Assembly (NCBI GenBank): GCA_963677435.1
Contig: OY781945.1
Location: 768,001-832,000, forward strand
Source of the DNA: an uncultured Aliarcobacter sp.
Lineage (GTDB): Bacteria > Campylobacterota > Campylobacteria > Campylobacterales > Arcobacteraceae
Direction of reading: 5' to 3'
DNA length: 64,000 nt
The notes below the pieces were generated by a model. The model was given only the letters and a program-made list of their open reading frames with translations, had not been told where the DNA came from and ran no database searches. The stretch's first letter is position 1. Every line of letters begins with the position of its first letter. This document shows, in pieces, positions 27,587 to 38,720 of this stretch. The translations under genes and the position numbers were made by a program.

Positions 27587-29461
27587 ATGTTTGGTATAAA
27601 AAATATGAAAATTGGAAAAAAAATAATTATAGCACCTGCAATTGCCGTGTTATTTTTATTAATTTTGGCACTTTTTTCTAATAATGCTCTTAAGTCTGAC
27701 AAAAGTACATTAAATGAAATAGTAGAAGTAAAATTTGAATTGTATAAAACAAGTAGCAAATTACTAAGTGATGTAAATTTGTATAATTCAATTTTATATA
27801 AAACTTTCAGTTATTCTACTGGTAAATATGAACAATTCATGATTGATGAGCAATTAGCACTTTTAGAAAAATTAAGAGTTAGTATTGTAAAAGAGATGGA
27901 AAATTTCTTAAAAGCGCCATATTTAACAGAAGAATATAAAAAAAGTATTGAATCTGTTAATAAAGAACTTATTGAATATAACTTAGCAATAAAAGATGCT
28001 GTTGACATGTTAAGTGTTGATTTAGGAATGGCAACTCCAATGTTATTTATTACAGATGAAATGTTTGTGAAAATAAATGAAGAATTAAATGCAATAAATA
28101 AAACTGCTGATGCAGAAAATAAATCAAGTTATCTTTGGGCATTAGAAAAAATTGATTCAACGACATATACATTGTATACACTTGTTATTACAGTTTTAAT
28201 TATTCTATTTTTTGTAATTCTTGCGATTACAAATTCTATAAAAGAGCCATTACAAAGATTCCAAAATGGATTAATTGAATTCTTTAGATACTTAAATCAA
28301 GAGACAAATGAATCAAAATTAATCGAAATTGACTCAAAAGATGAATTAGGTATCATGGCAAAAGAGGTAAATAAAAATATTTTAGATATTAATGACTCAA
28401 TTCAAAAAGATAGGTTAGTTGTTGAAAGTGCAATAAAATGTGCAAATGAAGCTAAAAAAGGTTTATTAAATGCAAGAATAAAAGGTGAAACAAAAAATCC
28501 ATCTTTAAATGAATTGAAAAATGTAATTAATCAAATGTTAGAAGCAACTGAGTTAAATATTAATAAAGCAATGAAGACATTATCTTTATATACAAATTAT
28601 GATTATCGAACAAAAATAGATATATCAGGTTTAGATGGAGATTTAAAAGATTTATGTAAAGACATAAATAATTTAGGAATATCAATTACTTCTATGTTAG
28701 TTGAAAATAAAAAAATGGGTTTAGTTTTATCATCAAATGCAGAGAATTTATCTTCAAATGTTGAAAAACTAACTTCTTCTGCAAATATGCAAGCTGCATC
28801 ACTCGAAGAAACAGCAGCAGCAATTGAAGAAATAACATCGAATATGCAAAATAGTTCTCAAAATATCGTTAAGATGACTTCTTTTGCAAATGAAGTTTCA
28901 AGTTCAGTAGCAATTGGTCAAGATTTGGCTTCAAGAACAGCTTTATCAATGGATGAAATAAATACACAAACAAATGCAATTGCTGATTCAATTACAATTA
29001 TTGATCAAATTGCATTTCAAACAAATATCCTTTCATTAAATGCAGCCGTTGAAGCAGCAACTGCTGGTGAAGCAGGAAAAGGATTTGCAGTAGTTGCAGC
29101 AGAAGTGCGAAATTTAGCATCAAGAAGTGCTGATGCTGCAAAGGAGATAAAAGATTTAGTTGTAAATGCTACTAATAAAGCAAACGAGGGGAAAAATATA
29201 TCTTCTGAAATGATACAAGGATATGAAAAATTAAATAATAATATTCATAATACTTTATCGTTAATAAAAGAAGTTTCAACTGCATCGAAAGAACAATTTA
29301 GTGCTATGGAGCAAATAAATGACACTGTTAACAATCTTGATAGAGTAACTCAACAAAATGCATCATCAGCGGAAGAAGCAAATAAAGTAGCAAGAGAAGT
29401 AAGTCAAATTGCAGAAAAAGTTGTTGAGCATACAAATGAAAAAGAGTTTGATGGTAAATAG
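27587..29461 (+). CDS. Methyl-accepting chemotaxis protein with helical periplasmic sensor
   Basis: Two TMs, HAMP (DELG), [30 protein letters not shown]. Confidence 0.95.
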   Translation: MFGIKNMKIGKKIIIAPAIAVLFLLILALFSNNALKSDKSTLNEIVEVKFELYKTSSKLLSDVNLYNSILYKTFSYSTGKYEQFMIDEQLALLEKLRVSIVKEMENFLKAPYLTEEYKKSIESVNKELIEYNLAIKDAVDMLSVDLGMATPMLFITDEMFVKINEELNAINKTADAENKSSYLWALEKIDSTTYTLYTLVITVLIILFFVILAITNSIKEPLQRFQNGLIEFFRYLNQETNESKLIEIDSKDELGIMAKEVNKNILDINDSIQKDRLVVESAIKCANEAKKGLLNARIKGETKNPSLNELKNVINQMLEATELNINKAMKTLSLYTNYDYRTKIDISGLDGDLKDLCKDINNLGISITSMLVENKKMGLVLSSNAENLSSNVEKLTSSANMQAASLEETAAAIEEITSNMQNSSQNIVKMTSFANEVSSSVAIGQDLASRTALSMDEINTQTNAIADSITIIDQIAFQTNILSLNAAVEAATAGEAGKGFAVVAAEVRNLASRSADAAKEIKDLVVNATNKANEGKNISSEMIQGYEKLNNNIHNTLSLIKEVSTASKEQFSAMEQINDTVNNLDRVTQQNASSAEEANKVAREVSQIAEKVVEHTNEKEFDGK

Positions 29462-29511
29462 TCAACGATTATTTAGCTATACTTGCAAAAAAGTAAATTA
29501 ATCGGAGAATT

Positions 29512-30009
29512 ATGAATTTTAATCAATTAGATGAAGAACAAAAAAAACAATTACATTCAAAAGCAATGGAACTTGCAACAAATTTAGGTGGAGTTAATTT
29601 TTTCCTTCAAATGATAGAAGATATAAAAACGGAAAAACCTCATGCTTTATTAAATAAAAGTTGCGTATTTCACTTTTCAAAAGGTAAATTAAACTGGAAT
29701 AAACAGTTATTTAAAGAAAGTATAAACAATCTATTCTCAGCTATGAGAAAAGAGGAAAAAGATGGAGATATGCTAAATGGTTTAGCACCAAAAGATTATA
29801 AAGAGACTATGAATATGATGAGAACATTAAAACCTCTTATTATTACAGTAACTCCAAAAAAAGTTGATGAACCAAAAATGTTTTCATTTCCTATTTTAGA
29901 TACAAGTGTTGAGAAAAAAACAAAAGTAGATTTATTTTATAAAATGGTGTTTTTTTATCATGTTGATTTCGCAAAAGATGTTTTAAATTATGGAACAGAA
30001 GAAAAATAA
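29512..30009 (+). CDS. Hypothetical protein
   Basis: 165 aa ORF with GGAG RBS, coupled to next gene. Confidence 0.7.
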   Translation: MNFNQLDEEQKKQLHSKAMELATNLGGVNFFLQMIEDIKTEKPHALLNKSCVFHFSKGKLNWNKQLFKESINNLFSAMRKEEKDGDMLNGLAPKDYKETMNMMRTLKPLIITVTPKKVDEPKMFSFPILDTSVEKKTKVDLFYKMVFFYHVDFAKDVLNYGTEEK

Positions 30010-30200
30010 TGGATGGGAAAAAAAGATTTAATGTAAAACAAGGTTTAAAAGTAAATATTGTTTTAAAAGAAGATCAAAGAAGTGGAAAATTAACTTCTGG
30101 TATTGTAAAAGATATTTTAACAAATTCACCAACTCATCCACATGGAATAAAAGTAAGACTTCAAGATGGGCAAGTTGGTCGTGTTCAAGAGATTTTATAA
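30009..30200 (+). CDS. YwbE (DUF2196) family protein
   Basis: IVLKEDQRSGKLT.G.VKDILT.S.THPHGIKVRL.DGQVGRVQ. Confidence 0.9.
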   Translation: MDGKKRFNVKQGLKVNIVLKEDQRSGKLTSGIVKDILTNSPTHPHGIKVRLQDGQVGRVQEIL

Positions 30201-30263
30201 TAAAACTTTCAATAGTTCAGATACTAGTAAATAAATGGGTATACTGAACCTTGAAAGGTTTTT

Positions 30264-30920
30264 ATGCCCAAACTACGATACATATATCAAACAATAGAGT
30301 TTGATAACATTGACATACATGTCAAAACACTAAAAGATAAACAACAATACGATGAAAAATGTGATTTAAATCCAACTGCTGGAATTTCATCTGCAAATTG
30401 GTCTTTGTTTGGTGTGATTTGGCCCTCTGCTAGAATCCTAGCAACTTTAATGAATAACTACAATATCAAAAATAAAAGAATCCTAGAAGTAGGGTGTGGA
30501 ATAGCACTTTCAAGTTTAGTTCTAAATCACAGAAATGCAAATATAACAACAACAGATTTTAATCCAGAAGTAAAAAAGTTCTTAAGTGAAAACACAAGAA
30601 TAAATTATGGAAAAGTAATCCCTTTTGAGTGTGCAAATTGGTCAAATAGTGATGATACTTTAGGAAAATTTGATTTAATAATTGCAAGTGATATTTTATA
30701 CGAACAGTTTCATTTAGAAGATTTAAGTAGATTTTTAAATGAACATACAAATGAAACTTGCGAGATAATAATAGTAGATCCAGGAAGAGGAAATCATGCT
30801 AAGTTTTCTAAGATGATGGTTGCATTAGGATATATTCATTCTCAAAGTGAACCTTTGGATACGGAAGAGTATTTGGATGAACCTTTTAATGGGCAGATTA
30901 TTCGATATAGAAGAGATTAG
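30264..30920 (+). CDS. Class I SAM-dependent methyltransferase, Methyltransf_16-like
   Basis: FGVIWPSA, ILEVGCG, TTTD, IIASDILY, DPGR. Confidence 0.85.
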   Translation: MPKLRYIYQTIEFDNIDIHVKTLKDKQQYDEKCDLNPTAGISSANWSLFGVIWPSARILATLMNNYNIKNKRILEVGCGIALSSLVLNHRNANITTTDFNPEVKKFLSENTRINYGKVIPFECANWSNSDDTLGKFDLIIASDILYEQFHLEDLSRFLNEHTNETCEIIIVDPGRGNHAKFSKMMVALGYIHSQSEPLDTEEYLDEPFNGQIIRYRRD

Positions 30921-30925
30921 TTTTA

Positions 30926-31687
30926 TTAAAACTTATTTACAAACTTCTCAACCTCAGTAGCAAAATAAACAGGACACTCAATCATCGGATAGTGTCCTGC
31001 TTCCATACACTCTATTATCTTAAAATCATTATAATAAGGTTCAAAAAGTTTTTTAATATGTAGTTTATTAAATACGGCAAAGTCATGTTTTCCTGTCATG
31101 ATTTTAATTGGAATCTGTATATCTTTTACTTCATCTATGAAATCAGTTGTTAGATACATGGTCATATATCCAACTCTGGCTTCTACTGTTGAGGCTTCAT
31201 ATGCCATTTTTACTCTATAATCAAACCAAGTTTTACCATATCTTTTACTTGCAGCTTCTACAATTTCTTCTATTTTATTTCTGTTTTCTTTCATTGCGTT
31301 TATTAGTTCATTTTGTGCAAGAGGTTTCATTTTTATGCCAGCAGCTGAGATTGGTGTGATTAGAATTAGTTGTTTAATTCTGTCATCTATTAGAGCAACT
31401 TTTTGGGCTATCATTGTTGACATTGAGTGAGCTAGTAGATTTACTTCTTTTAAGTTTAGTTTTGTGATGAGGTTTTTTACATCATTTGCTGCTTCATCAC
31501 AAGTATATTCTCCACTTATGTTTTTTGATAAGCCATAACCTCTGTGATCTGCAAAAATATATGTGAAGTTTGTGGTATCAATATATGGCAAAATTGGGTC
31601 AAAATTTGTGTGGTCTCCCATTAGTTCATGTAAAACTAAGATATATTTTTTACCACTACCTACAATTTTATGCCCAAGTATTGTCAT
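30926..31687 (-). CDS. Alpha/beta-fold hydrolase
   Basis: DHRGYG.S, nucleophile elbow AHSMS, GKHD, AGHYP. Confidence 0.88.
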   Translation of the reverse strand: MTILGHKIVGSGKKYILVLHELMGDHTNFDPILPYIDTTNFTYIFADHRGYGLSKNISGEYTCDEAANDVKNLITKLNLKEVNLLAHSMSTMIAQKVALIDDRIKQLILITPISAAGIKMKPLAQNELINAMKENRNKIEEIVEAASKRYGKTWFDYRVKMAYEASTVEARVGYMTMYLTTDFIDEVKDIQIPIKIMTGKHDFAVFNKLHIKKLFEPYYNDFKIIECMEAGHYPMIECPVYFATEVEKFVNKF

Positions 31688-31692
31688 ACAAA

Positions 31693-32844
31693 CTATCCCT
31701 GCACTTTATATTTTTTTAGAAAAATTAAACATAATCCCACACCAATTAAAGCCATTAATGCACCACTTAATGATGGATAATTATAGTTTAATCCCATAAA
31801 TAAAGGAATACCACCTAAAAATGCGCCTAAAGAATTAGCTACATTAAATGCAGCTTGTAAAAATGCAGCTCCAAGCATAGCTGAATGTTTTGCACTATTT
31901 AACATGATGATATTAATAGGTGCACCAATAGACATAGCAAATGCACCACATACAAATGTAAGAACAACAGTTGCAAACTTATATTCAGATAGGAAAAATA
32001 CTAATATTAAACATATAACCATCATAGATAAAAGGAAAATTGCAACTTTTATAGGGTTTCTTTTATCAGCTAAATATCCTCCAACTATATTTCCAACTAA
32101 CATCCCAAGCCCTGCAACAATCATCAAATATGAGACACTACTTTCTTCAAATTTTGTAACATGAATCAACAATGGAGCAATATAACTAATCCATGCAAAC
32201 AATCCACCAAAACCAGTTGCAACAATAGCTAATATATGCCAAGCTTTGATTGTCTTGAAAAATTCTAGTTCCTCTTTTAATGTAACAGTTTTTACCTCTT
32301 TTTGTTTTGGAAGATTTTTGTACAAAAAGAAGATTGTTATTAAACCAATTATTGAAACAATAGCAAAAGCATATCTCCAAGAAAAAGTGTGACCAAGATA
32401 TGTAGTAAGGGGAACCATTGCAACATTTGCAATGGTAAGTCCTGTAAACATTACAGCAATAGCTTGTGCTGATTTTCCTTTTTCAGCAAGTTTTGCAGCT
32501 ACAACTGTACCCACGCCAAAAAAAGCACCATGTGGTAAACCACTAAAAAACCTTGATATTAACAATGTTGTGTAATTAGGCGCAATAGCAGATAAAAAGT
32601 TAAAAATTGTAAATAAAATCATAAATGCAATTAGAATATTTTTAGCAGGAAATTTTGAACTTAAAGCAACCAAAATTGGAGCTCCAATAACTACACCTAA
32701 AGCATATATAGAAATTAAATGTCCAGCAACTGGAATACTAATATTTAAGTCATTTGCAACATCTGGTAATAATCCCATGATTGCAAATTCTGTTGTACCA
32801 ATAGCAAGTCCACCTAAGGCTAGGGGAAGTAATTTTTTTGTCAT
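31693..32844 (-). CDS. MFS transporter (AraJ/DHA1-like)
   Basis: GTTEFAIMGLLP, GLPHGAFFG, about 12 TMs. Confidence 0.92.
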   Translation of the reverse strand: MTKKLLPLALGGLAIGTTEFAIMGLLPDVANDLNISIPVAGHLISIYALGVVIGAPILVALSSKFPAKNILIAFMILFTIFNFLSAIAPNYTTLLISRFFSGLPHGAFFGVGTVVAAKLAEKGKSAQAIAVMFTGLTIANVAMVPLTTYLGHTFSWRYAFAIVSIIGLITIFFLYKNLPKQKEVKTVTLKEELEFFKTIKAWHILAIVATGFGGLFAWISYIAPLLIHVTKFEESSVSYLMIVAGLGMLVGNIVGGYLADKRNPIKVAIFLLSMMVICLILVFFLSEYKFATVVLTFVCGAFAMSIGAPINIIMLNSAKHSAMLGAAFLQAAFNVANSLGAFLGGIPLFMGLNYNYPSLSGALMALIGVGLCLIFLKKYKVQG

Positions 32845-33126
32845 TATGTAAAATCTTTTTTTTGAATTTAATTTATGTAATTCGGAATTTTAGTAAGAAA
32901 TATTTATTTTAGACTTAAATGAGAATCACTTATGATATAGATAAAGAATAAGAAAAATTGACTAAACAATTATTAAGTATATCTTCAGTATAATCCCGTA
33001 CTTTTTTAGAAAACTAAAATAATTGAGTTTCCTAGAATGGGAGTATCGTTTCAACTTAATGTTGAAGTGCACGAGAAGCATGGGTAAGGCTATAATTACT
33101 CAAACCAATTTATATAAAGGAAAGAA

Positions 33127-33510
33127 ATGCCTACAATCAATCAGCTTGTAAGAAATGAGCGAAAAAAGGTTATAAAAAAATCTAAATCGCCAGCATTAAA
33201 AGAATGTCCACAAAGAAGAGGAGTATGTACAAGAGTATATACAACTACACCAAAAAAACCTAACTCGGCTTTAAGAAAAGTTGCAAAAGTTAGATTAACT
33301 ACAGGTTTTGAAGTTATTTCATACATCGGTGGAGAAGGTCATAACTTACAAGAGCACTCAATAGTACTTGTAAGAGGGGGAAGAGTTAAAGATTTACCTG
33401 GGGTTAAATACCACATCGTAAGAGGTGCTTTAGATACTGCTGGTGTTGCAAACAGAACTGTTGCAAGATCTAAATATGGTACTAAAAAAGCTAAAGCTAA
33501 GAAAAAGTAG
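33127..33510 (+). CDS. rpsL: 30S ribosomal protein S12
   Basis: [20 protein letters not shown]. Confidence 0.99.
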   Translation: MPTINQLVRNERKKVIKKSKSPALKECPQRRGVCTRVYTTTPKKPNSALRKVAKVRLTTGFEVISYIGGEGHNLQEHSIVLVRGGRVKDLPGVKYHIVRGALDTAGVANRTVARSKYGTKKAKAKKK

Positions 33511-33518
33511 AAGGATAG

Positions 33519-33989
<471 letters not shown>

Positions 33990-33998
33990 GATTATAAT

Positions 33999-36104
33999 AT
34001 GGCAAGAAAAACACCACTTAACAGAGTTAGAAATATTGGTATTGCAGCTCATATTGATGCTGGAAAAACAACAACTACTGAGAGAATTTTATTCTATACA
34101 GGTGTTTCACATAAAATTGGGGAAGTTCATGAAGGTGCTGCTACAATGGACTGGATGGAACAAGAGCAAGAAAGAGGTATTACAATTACTTCTGCTGCTA
34201 CAACTTGTCACTGGAAACACCCAAAAACAAATGAAGATTTAATGATTAACATTATTGACACTCCAGGTCACGTTGACTTTACTATTGAAGTTGAGAGATC
34301 TATGAGGGTTCTTGATGGTGCTGTTGCAGTATTTTGTTCAGTAGGTGGGGTTCAACCACAATCTGAAACTGTTTGGAGACAAGCTAATAAATATAGAGTA
34401 CCAAGAATGATATTCGTTAATAAAATGGATAGAACTGGTGCAGATTTTTATAATGTTTTAAAACAAGTTAATGAAAGATTAAAATCAAATGCTGTTCCAA
34501 TTCAATTACCAATCGGTGCAGAAGAAAACTTCAAAGGTATTGTAGATTTAGTTCAAATGAAAGCTATCGTTTGGGATGAAGATGCTGCAATGGGTTCTAA
34601 TTACCACATTGAAGAAATTCCAGCTGATATGATGGAAATTGCGCAAGAATATAGAGAAAAAATGATTGAATCAGCTGCTGAGTCAATTGAAGAGTTAATG
34701 GAAAAATACCTTGAAGGTGAAGAATTAACTGAAGAAGAGATTACTGCTGGTATTAAAGCTGGTTGTTTAAATATGTCTATTACTCCTATGACTTGTGGAA
34801 CTGCCTTTAAAAATAAAGGTGTTCAAACTTTACTTGATGCTGTTGCTATGTATTTACCAGCTCCAACTGAAGTTGCTGACATTAATGGTGAAACACAAGA
34901 AGGTGAAGCTGTTATCGTTCCTTCAACTGATGCAGGTGAAGTTGCAGCATTAGCATTTAAAATTATGACTGACCCATTTGTTGGACAGTTAACATTTACG
35001 AGAGTTTATAGAGGAGTTTTAGAATCTGGAACTTATGTTTATAACTCTACAAAAATGAAAAAAGAAAGAATCGGAAGATTACTTAAAATGCATGCTAACA
35101 ACAGAGAAGAGATTAAAGAGCTTTATGCTGGAGAAATCGGTGCTGTTGTTGGTTTAAAATATACAATTACTGGAGATACATTAGCTTCTGAAAAAGATCC
35201 TGTTATCTTAGAAAGAATGGAATTCCCAGAACCAGTTATTTCTGTTGCAGTTGAGCCAAAAACAAAAGCTGACCAAGAAAAAATGGGTATCGCATTAGGA
35301 AAATTAGCAGAAGAAGATCCATCATTCAGAGTTAACACTGATGAAGAAACTGGACAAACTATTATTTCAGGAATGGGTGAATTACACCTTGAAATTCTTG
35401 TAGATAGAATGAAAAGAGAATTCAAAGTTGAAGCTGAAGTTGGTGCTCCTCAAGTTGCTTATAGAGAAACAATTAAAAACGCTGTTAAACAAGAGTATAA
35501 ATACGCAAAACAATCTGGTGGTAAAGGTCAATACGGTCACGTATATTTAGACATTAAACCATTAGTTGGTAGCGAAGAAAACTTCAAATTTAACAATGAT
35601 ATTAAAGGTGGGGTAATTCCAAAAGAATATATTCCTGCAGTTGAAAAAGGTTGTTTTGAAGCAATGCAAGGTGGTATTTTAGCAGGTTACCCAATGGTTA
35701 ACATTGAAGTTTCTGTTTATGATGGGTCTTACCATGATGTGGATTCATCTGAAATGGCATTTAAACTTGCTGCTTCAATGGGATTCAAACAAGGTTGTAG
35801 ATCAGCAGCTGCACAAGCTGTAATCTTAGAGCCAATTATGAAAGTTGAAATCGAAACTCCTGAAGATTATATGGGAGATGTTATTGGGGATTGTAATAAA
35901 AGAAGAGGACAAGTTCAATCTATGGATGACAGAGCTGGTGTAAAACTAGTTACTGCTATGATTCCATTATCTGAAATGTTCGGTTACTCTACAGACTTAA
36001 GATCTATGTCTCAAGGTAGAGCAACTTACTCTATGATTTTCGATAACTATTCTGAAGTTCCAAAAAATGTTTCTGAAGAAATTATTAAAAAAAGAAATGG
36101 ATAA
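33999..36104 (+). CDS. fusA: Elongation factor G
   Basis: [28 protein letters not shown]. Confidence 0.99.
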   Translation: MARKTPLNRVRNIGIAAHIDAGKTTTTERILFYTGVSHKIGEVHEGAATMDWMEQEQERGITITSAATTCHWKHPKTNEDLMINIIDTPGHVDFTIEVERSMRVLDGAVAVFCSVGGVQPQSETVWRQANKYRVPRMIFVNKMDRTGADFYNVLKQVNERLKSNAVPIQLPIGAEENFKGIVDLVQMKAIVWDEDAAMGSNYHIEEIPADMMEIAQEYREKMIESAAESIEELMEKYLEGEELTEEEITAGIKAGCLNMSITPMTCGTAFKNKGVQTLLDAVAMYLPAPTEVADINGETQEGEAVIVPSTDAGEVAALAFKIMTDPFVGQLTFTRVYRGVLESGTYVYNSTKMKKERIGRLLKMHANNREEIKELYAGEIGAVVGLKYTITGDTLASEKDPVILERMEFPEPVISVAVEPKTKADQEKMGIALGKLAEEDPSFRVNTDEETGQTIISGMGELHLEILVDRMKREFKVEAEVGAPQVAYRETIKNAVKQEYKYAKQSGGKGQYGHVYLDIKPLVGSEENFKFNNDIKGGVIPKEYIPAVEKGCFEAMQGGILAGYPMVNIEVSVYDGSYHDVDSSEMAFKLAASMGFKQGCRSAAAQAVILEPIMKVEIETPEDYMGDVIGDCNKRRGQVQSMDDRAGVKLVTAMIPLSEMFGYSTDLRSMSQGRATYSMIFDNYSEVPKNVSEEIIKKRNG

Positions 36105-36144
36105 TCATATTAAATAAGAGTGAATTACTTCTTTAGTTTTGTAC

Positions 36145-36180
36145 AAAAAGGGATATGCGTTTGCATATCCCTTTTTTTTT
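36145..36180 (+). terminator. Intrinsic terminator after fusA
   Basis: AAAAAGGGATATGC-GTTT-GCATATCCCTTTTTTTTTT. Confidence 0.9.
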
Positions 36181-36252
36181 GTTCTAAATTTATTTAAGTT
36201 ATTATAAATAATCAGCTAAAATAGTTTACATAAATTTAAAATTGGAATAACA

Positions 36253-37122
36253 TTGAGAATAGAAACAAATAGTGAATTATTAAATGATATTAAAAGTGCA
36301 GGAATAATTTTAAAACCATCAAGTCCTGAACTAAAAGATACATATCTAAAAATCAAATCTCTTTTTGAAGAGGCTAATATTGATGTATATTTAGAAGATA
36401 ATTCAGCAAATATGATATGTTTAAATGATGGGCATTCATTAGATGAATTATGTCAAAAAGTTGACTTTTTAATCTCAGTTGGTGGAGATGGAACTTTACT
36501 TTCAGTAGTGAGAAAATCTTTCAAATATGATATTCCAGTTTTAGGAATAAATTTAGGAACTTTAGGTTTTTTAACTGATATAAGTATGGAACAATTACCA
36601 CAATTTATCCAAGATTTGAAAAAAAATATTTATAAAATTGATAATAGAATGATGGTTGAGGGAAGTGTAAATTTAAATAAATTTGTCGCATTTAATGATA
36701 TAGTAATTTCAAGAAAATCAATCTCATCAATGATAAGAATAAAAGGTAAAATTAATGGGAAAGCTTTTAATACATACTATGGTGATGGAGTAATTATTTC
36801 AACACCAACAGGCTCAACAGCTTATAATCTATCTGTTGGTGGACCTCTTGTTTATCCTTTAACAGAAGCTTTTATTGTAACACCAGTAGCTCCTCACTCT
36901 TTGACTCAAAGACCTCTTGTTATGCCAGCTGATTTTGAAATTGAGTTTAAAATAGTTGATAATCAAGGTGCAGTTGTAATTGTTGATGGACAAGATATTT
37001 ATGAGGTTGAACAAAACCAAACTATTAAAATTAAAATAGCAAATAAAAAAGCAAAAATGATGCACAGAATTCAAAGAGATTATTTTGAAGTATTAAATGA
37101 AAAACTAAGATGGGGAAATTAA
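36253..37122 (+). CDS. nadK: NAD(+) kinase
   Basis: GGDGT, GINLGTLGFL, ND, STPTGSTAYNLS. Confidence 0.95.
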   Translation: MRIETNSELLNDIKSAGIILKPSSPELKDTYLKIKSLFEEANIDVYLEDNSANMICLNDGHSLDELCQKVDFLISVGGDGTLLSVVRKSFKYDIPVLGINLGTLGFLTDISMEQLPQFIQDLKKNIYKIDNRMMVEGSVNLNKFVAFNDIVISRKSISSMIRIKGKINGKAFNTYYGDGVIISTPTGSTAYNLSVGGPLVYPLTEAFIVTPVAPHSLTQRPLVMPADFEIEFKIVDNQGAVVIVDGQDIYEVEQNQTIKIKIANKKAKMMHRIQRDYFEVLNEKLRWGN

Positions 37123-37123
37123 T

Positions 37124-38653
37124 TTGATTACAAGAGTATATTTAAAAGATTGTTTATCTTTTGAAGAGGTTGATTTAGAGTTTAAAAATGGTTTAAATAT
37201 TTTCACAGGACCAAGTGGAGCTGGAAAATCTATTTTGATGCAAGCAATTTTATCACTATTTGCACTTGCTGATGTAAAAGCAAACCTTGGTGAAGTATTA
37301 CTAAATAATTCAAAAATAAGTGATGATATTTATGATTTGTCAATTGATGATGATATTATTATTAAAAGTATTAAAAAAGATAAAGTACGATATTTTTTAA
37401 ATAATCAATCAGTATCTAAAAAAAATCTTAGCGATTTCTCAACAAAACTAATAAAGCATCTCAACTTAAAAGATACATCGGAATTTGATAGTTTAAAACT
37501 TTTAGATTTTTTAGATAGATTAACAATTCAGAAGAAAAAAGATTTTAAAAAGAAAAAAGAAGTTTTTAATAATTTATATAAAGAATTAACAGTAGTAAAA
37601 AAAGAGTTACAAAAGATATTAGATGATGAAAATAAATTAGAAGATTTAAAAGAATTTGCAAGATTTGAAATAGATAAAATCGAGCAAATAAATCCAAGTA
37701 TTGATGAGTATGAAGAACTTAATTTAATTAAAAAAAGATTAGCTAAAAAAGAAAAGATTGAGGTTGCAATAAAAAAAGCTTCTGGAATAATGGAGTTTAA
37801 TCATAATGTTACACAAGCTTTAGAATTGATGGAAGTTGATTCAAGTTTTTTTGATGAGACAATGAATGAATTAAATAATGTTTTTGAAAGATTTAATGAT
37901 TCCTTACATGAACTAGATGATGTAAATATTGAAAATGTACTTGATAGAATTGAAAAATTATCTGCTTTACAAAAAAGATTTGGTTCGATTGAAGAGTGTT
38001 TAAAATATAAAGAACAAAAGAAAATAGAGTTAGAATCTTACGAAAATATTTTTTTTCAAAAAGAGAAATTAGAAAAAAAATATGAAAATTTAAATATCAA
38101 ATTACATGAATTATCACAAGAAATTTCAATTTATAGAAAAGAGAGTTCTTTAATTCTTGAAAAGAAAATAAATGAATATTTGAAATTTTTGTATTTGAGT
38201 AATGCAAAAATTATTATCAGTGAAAAAGAGTTGGATTTTTCAGGTATTGATGAAGTAATATTTGAGTTAAATGGAGTCTCTTTAGACACAATTAGTTCAG
38301 GTGAATATAATAGACTTAGACTTGCCTTATTAACATCTATGAGTGAATTTGATATTGTAGATAATGGGATACTTTTTTTAGATGAAATTGATGCGAATTT
38401 AAGTGGTAAAGAGAGTGATGCAATTTCAAAGGTTTTAAAAAAATTAAGCGATTCTTACCAAATTTTCGCAATTTCTCATCAACCACAATTAACTTCAAGT
38501 GCAAATCAACATTTTTTAGTAGATAAAATCAATGGTAAATCATTTGTTAAAGAATTAAAAAACAGTGAAAAAGTAGATGAAATTGCAAGAATGATAAGTG
38601 GAGAAAAAGTTACATCAGAAGCATTAGAATTTGCAAAAAATCTTTTAAAATAG
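37124..38653 (+). CDS. recN: DNA repair protein RecN
   Basis: TGPSGAGKS, coiled coil, SSGE, FLDEID, ISHQPQ; follows nadK. Confidence 0.92.
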   Translation: MITRVYLKDCLSFEEVDLEFKNGLNIFTGPSGAGKSILMQAILSLFALADVKANLGEVLLNNSKISDDIYDLSIDDDIIIKSIKKDKVRYFLNNQSVSKKNLSDFSTKLIKHLNLKDTSEFDSLKLLDFLDRLTIQKKKDFKKKKEVFNNLYKELTVVKKELQKILDDENKLEDLKEFARFEIDKIEQINPSIDEYEELNLIKKRLAKKEKIEVAIKKASGIMEFNHNVTQALELMEVDSSFFDETMNELNNVFERFNDSLHELDDVNIENVLDRIEKLSALQKRFGSIEECLKYKEQKKIELESYENIFFQKEKLEKKYENLNIKLHELSQEISIYRKESSLILEKKINEYLKFLYLSNAKIIISEKELDFSGIDEVIFELNGVSLDTISSGEYNRLRLALLTSMSEFDIVDNGILFLDEIDANLSGKESDAISKVLKKLSDSYQIFAISHQPQLTSSANQHFLVDKINGKSFVKELKNSEKVDEIARMISGEKVTSEALEFAKNLLK

Positions 38654-38720
38654 TATAAACTTGACAAAATAACCTTACAATGGATATTATATAATAATTT
38701 ATATAGGTAGGGGAGTTTTT

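Noticed and set aside
28790..29150. DNA similarity with about 40400-40770
   Set aside because: Expected conservation of the MCP signalling hairpin between paralogues, not a mobile repeat
32915..32933. Fur box as a firm feature
   Set aside because: Only 11/19 match to GATAATGATAATCATTATC, weak in such AT-rich DNA
36104..36250. No tuf after fusA
   Set aside because: Normal for this phylum; tuf is in the tRNA-secE cluster
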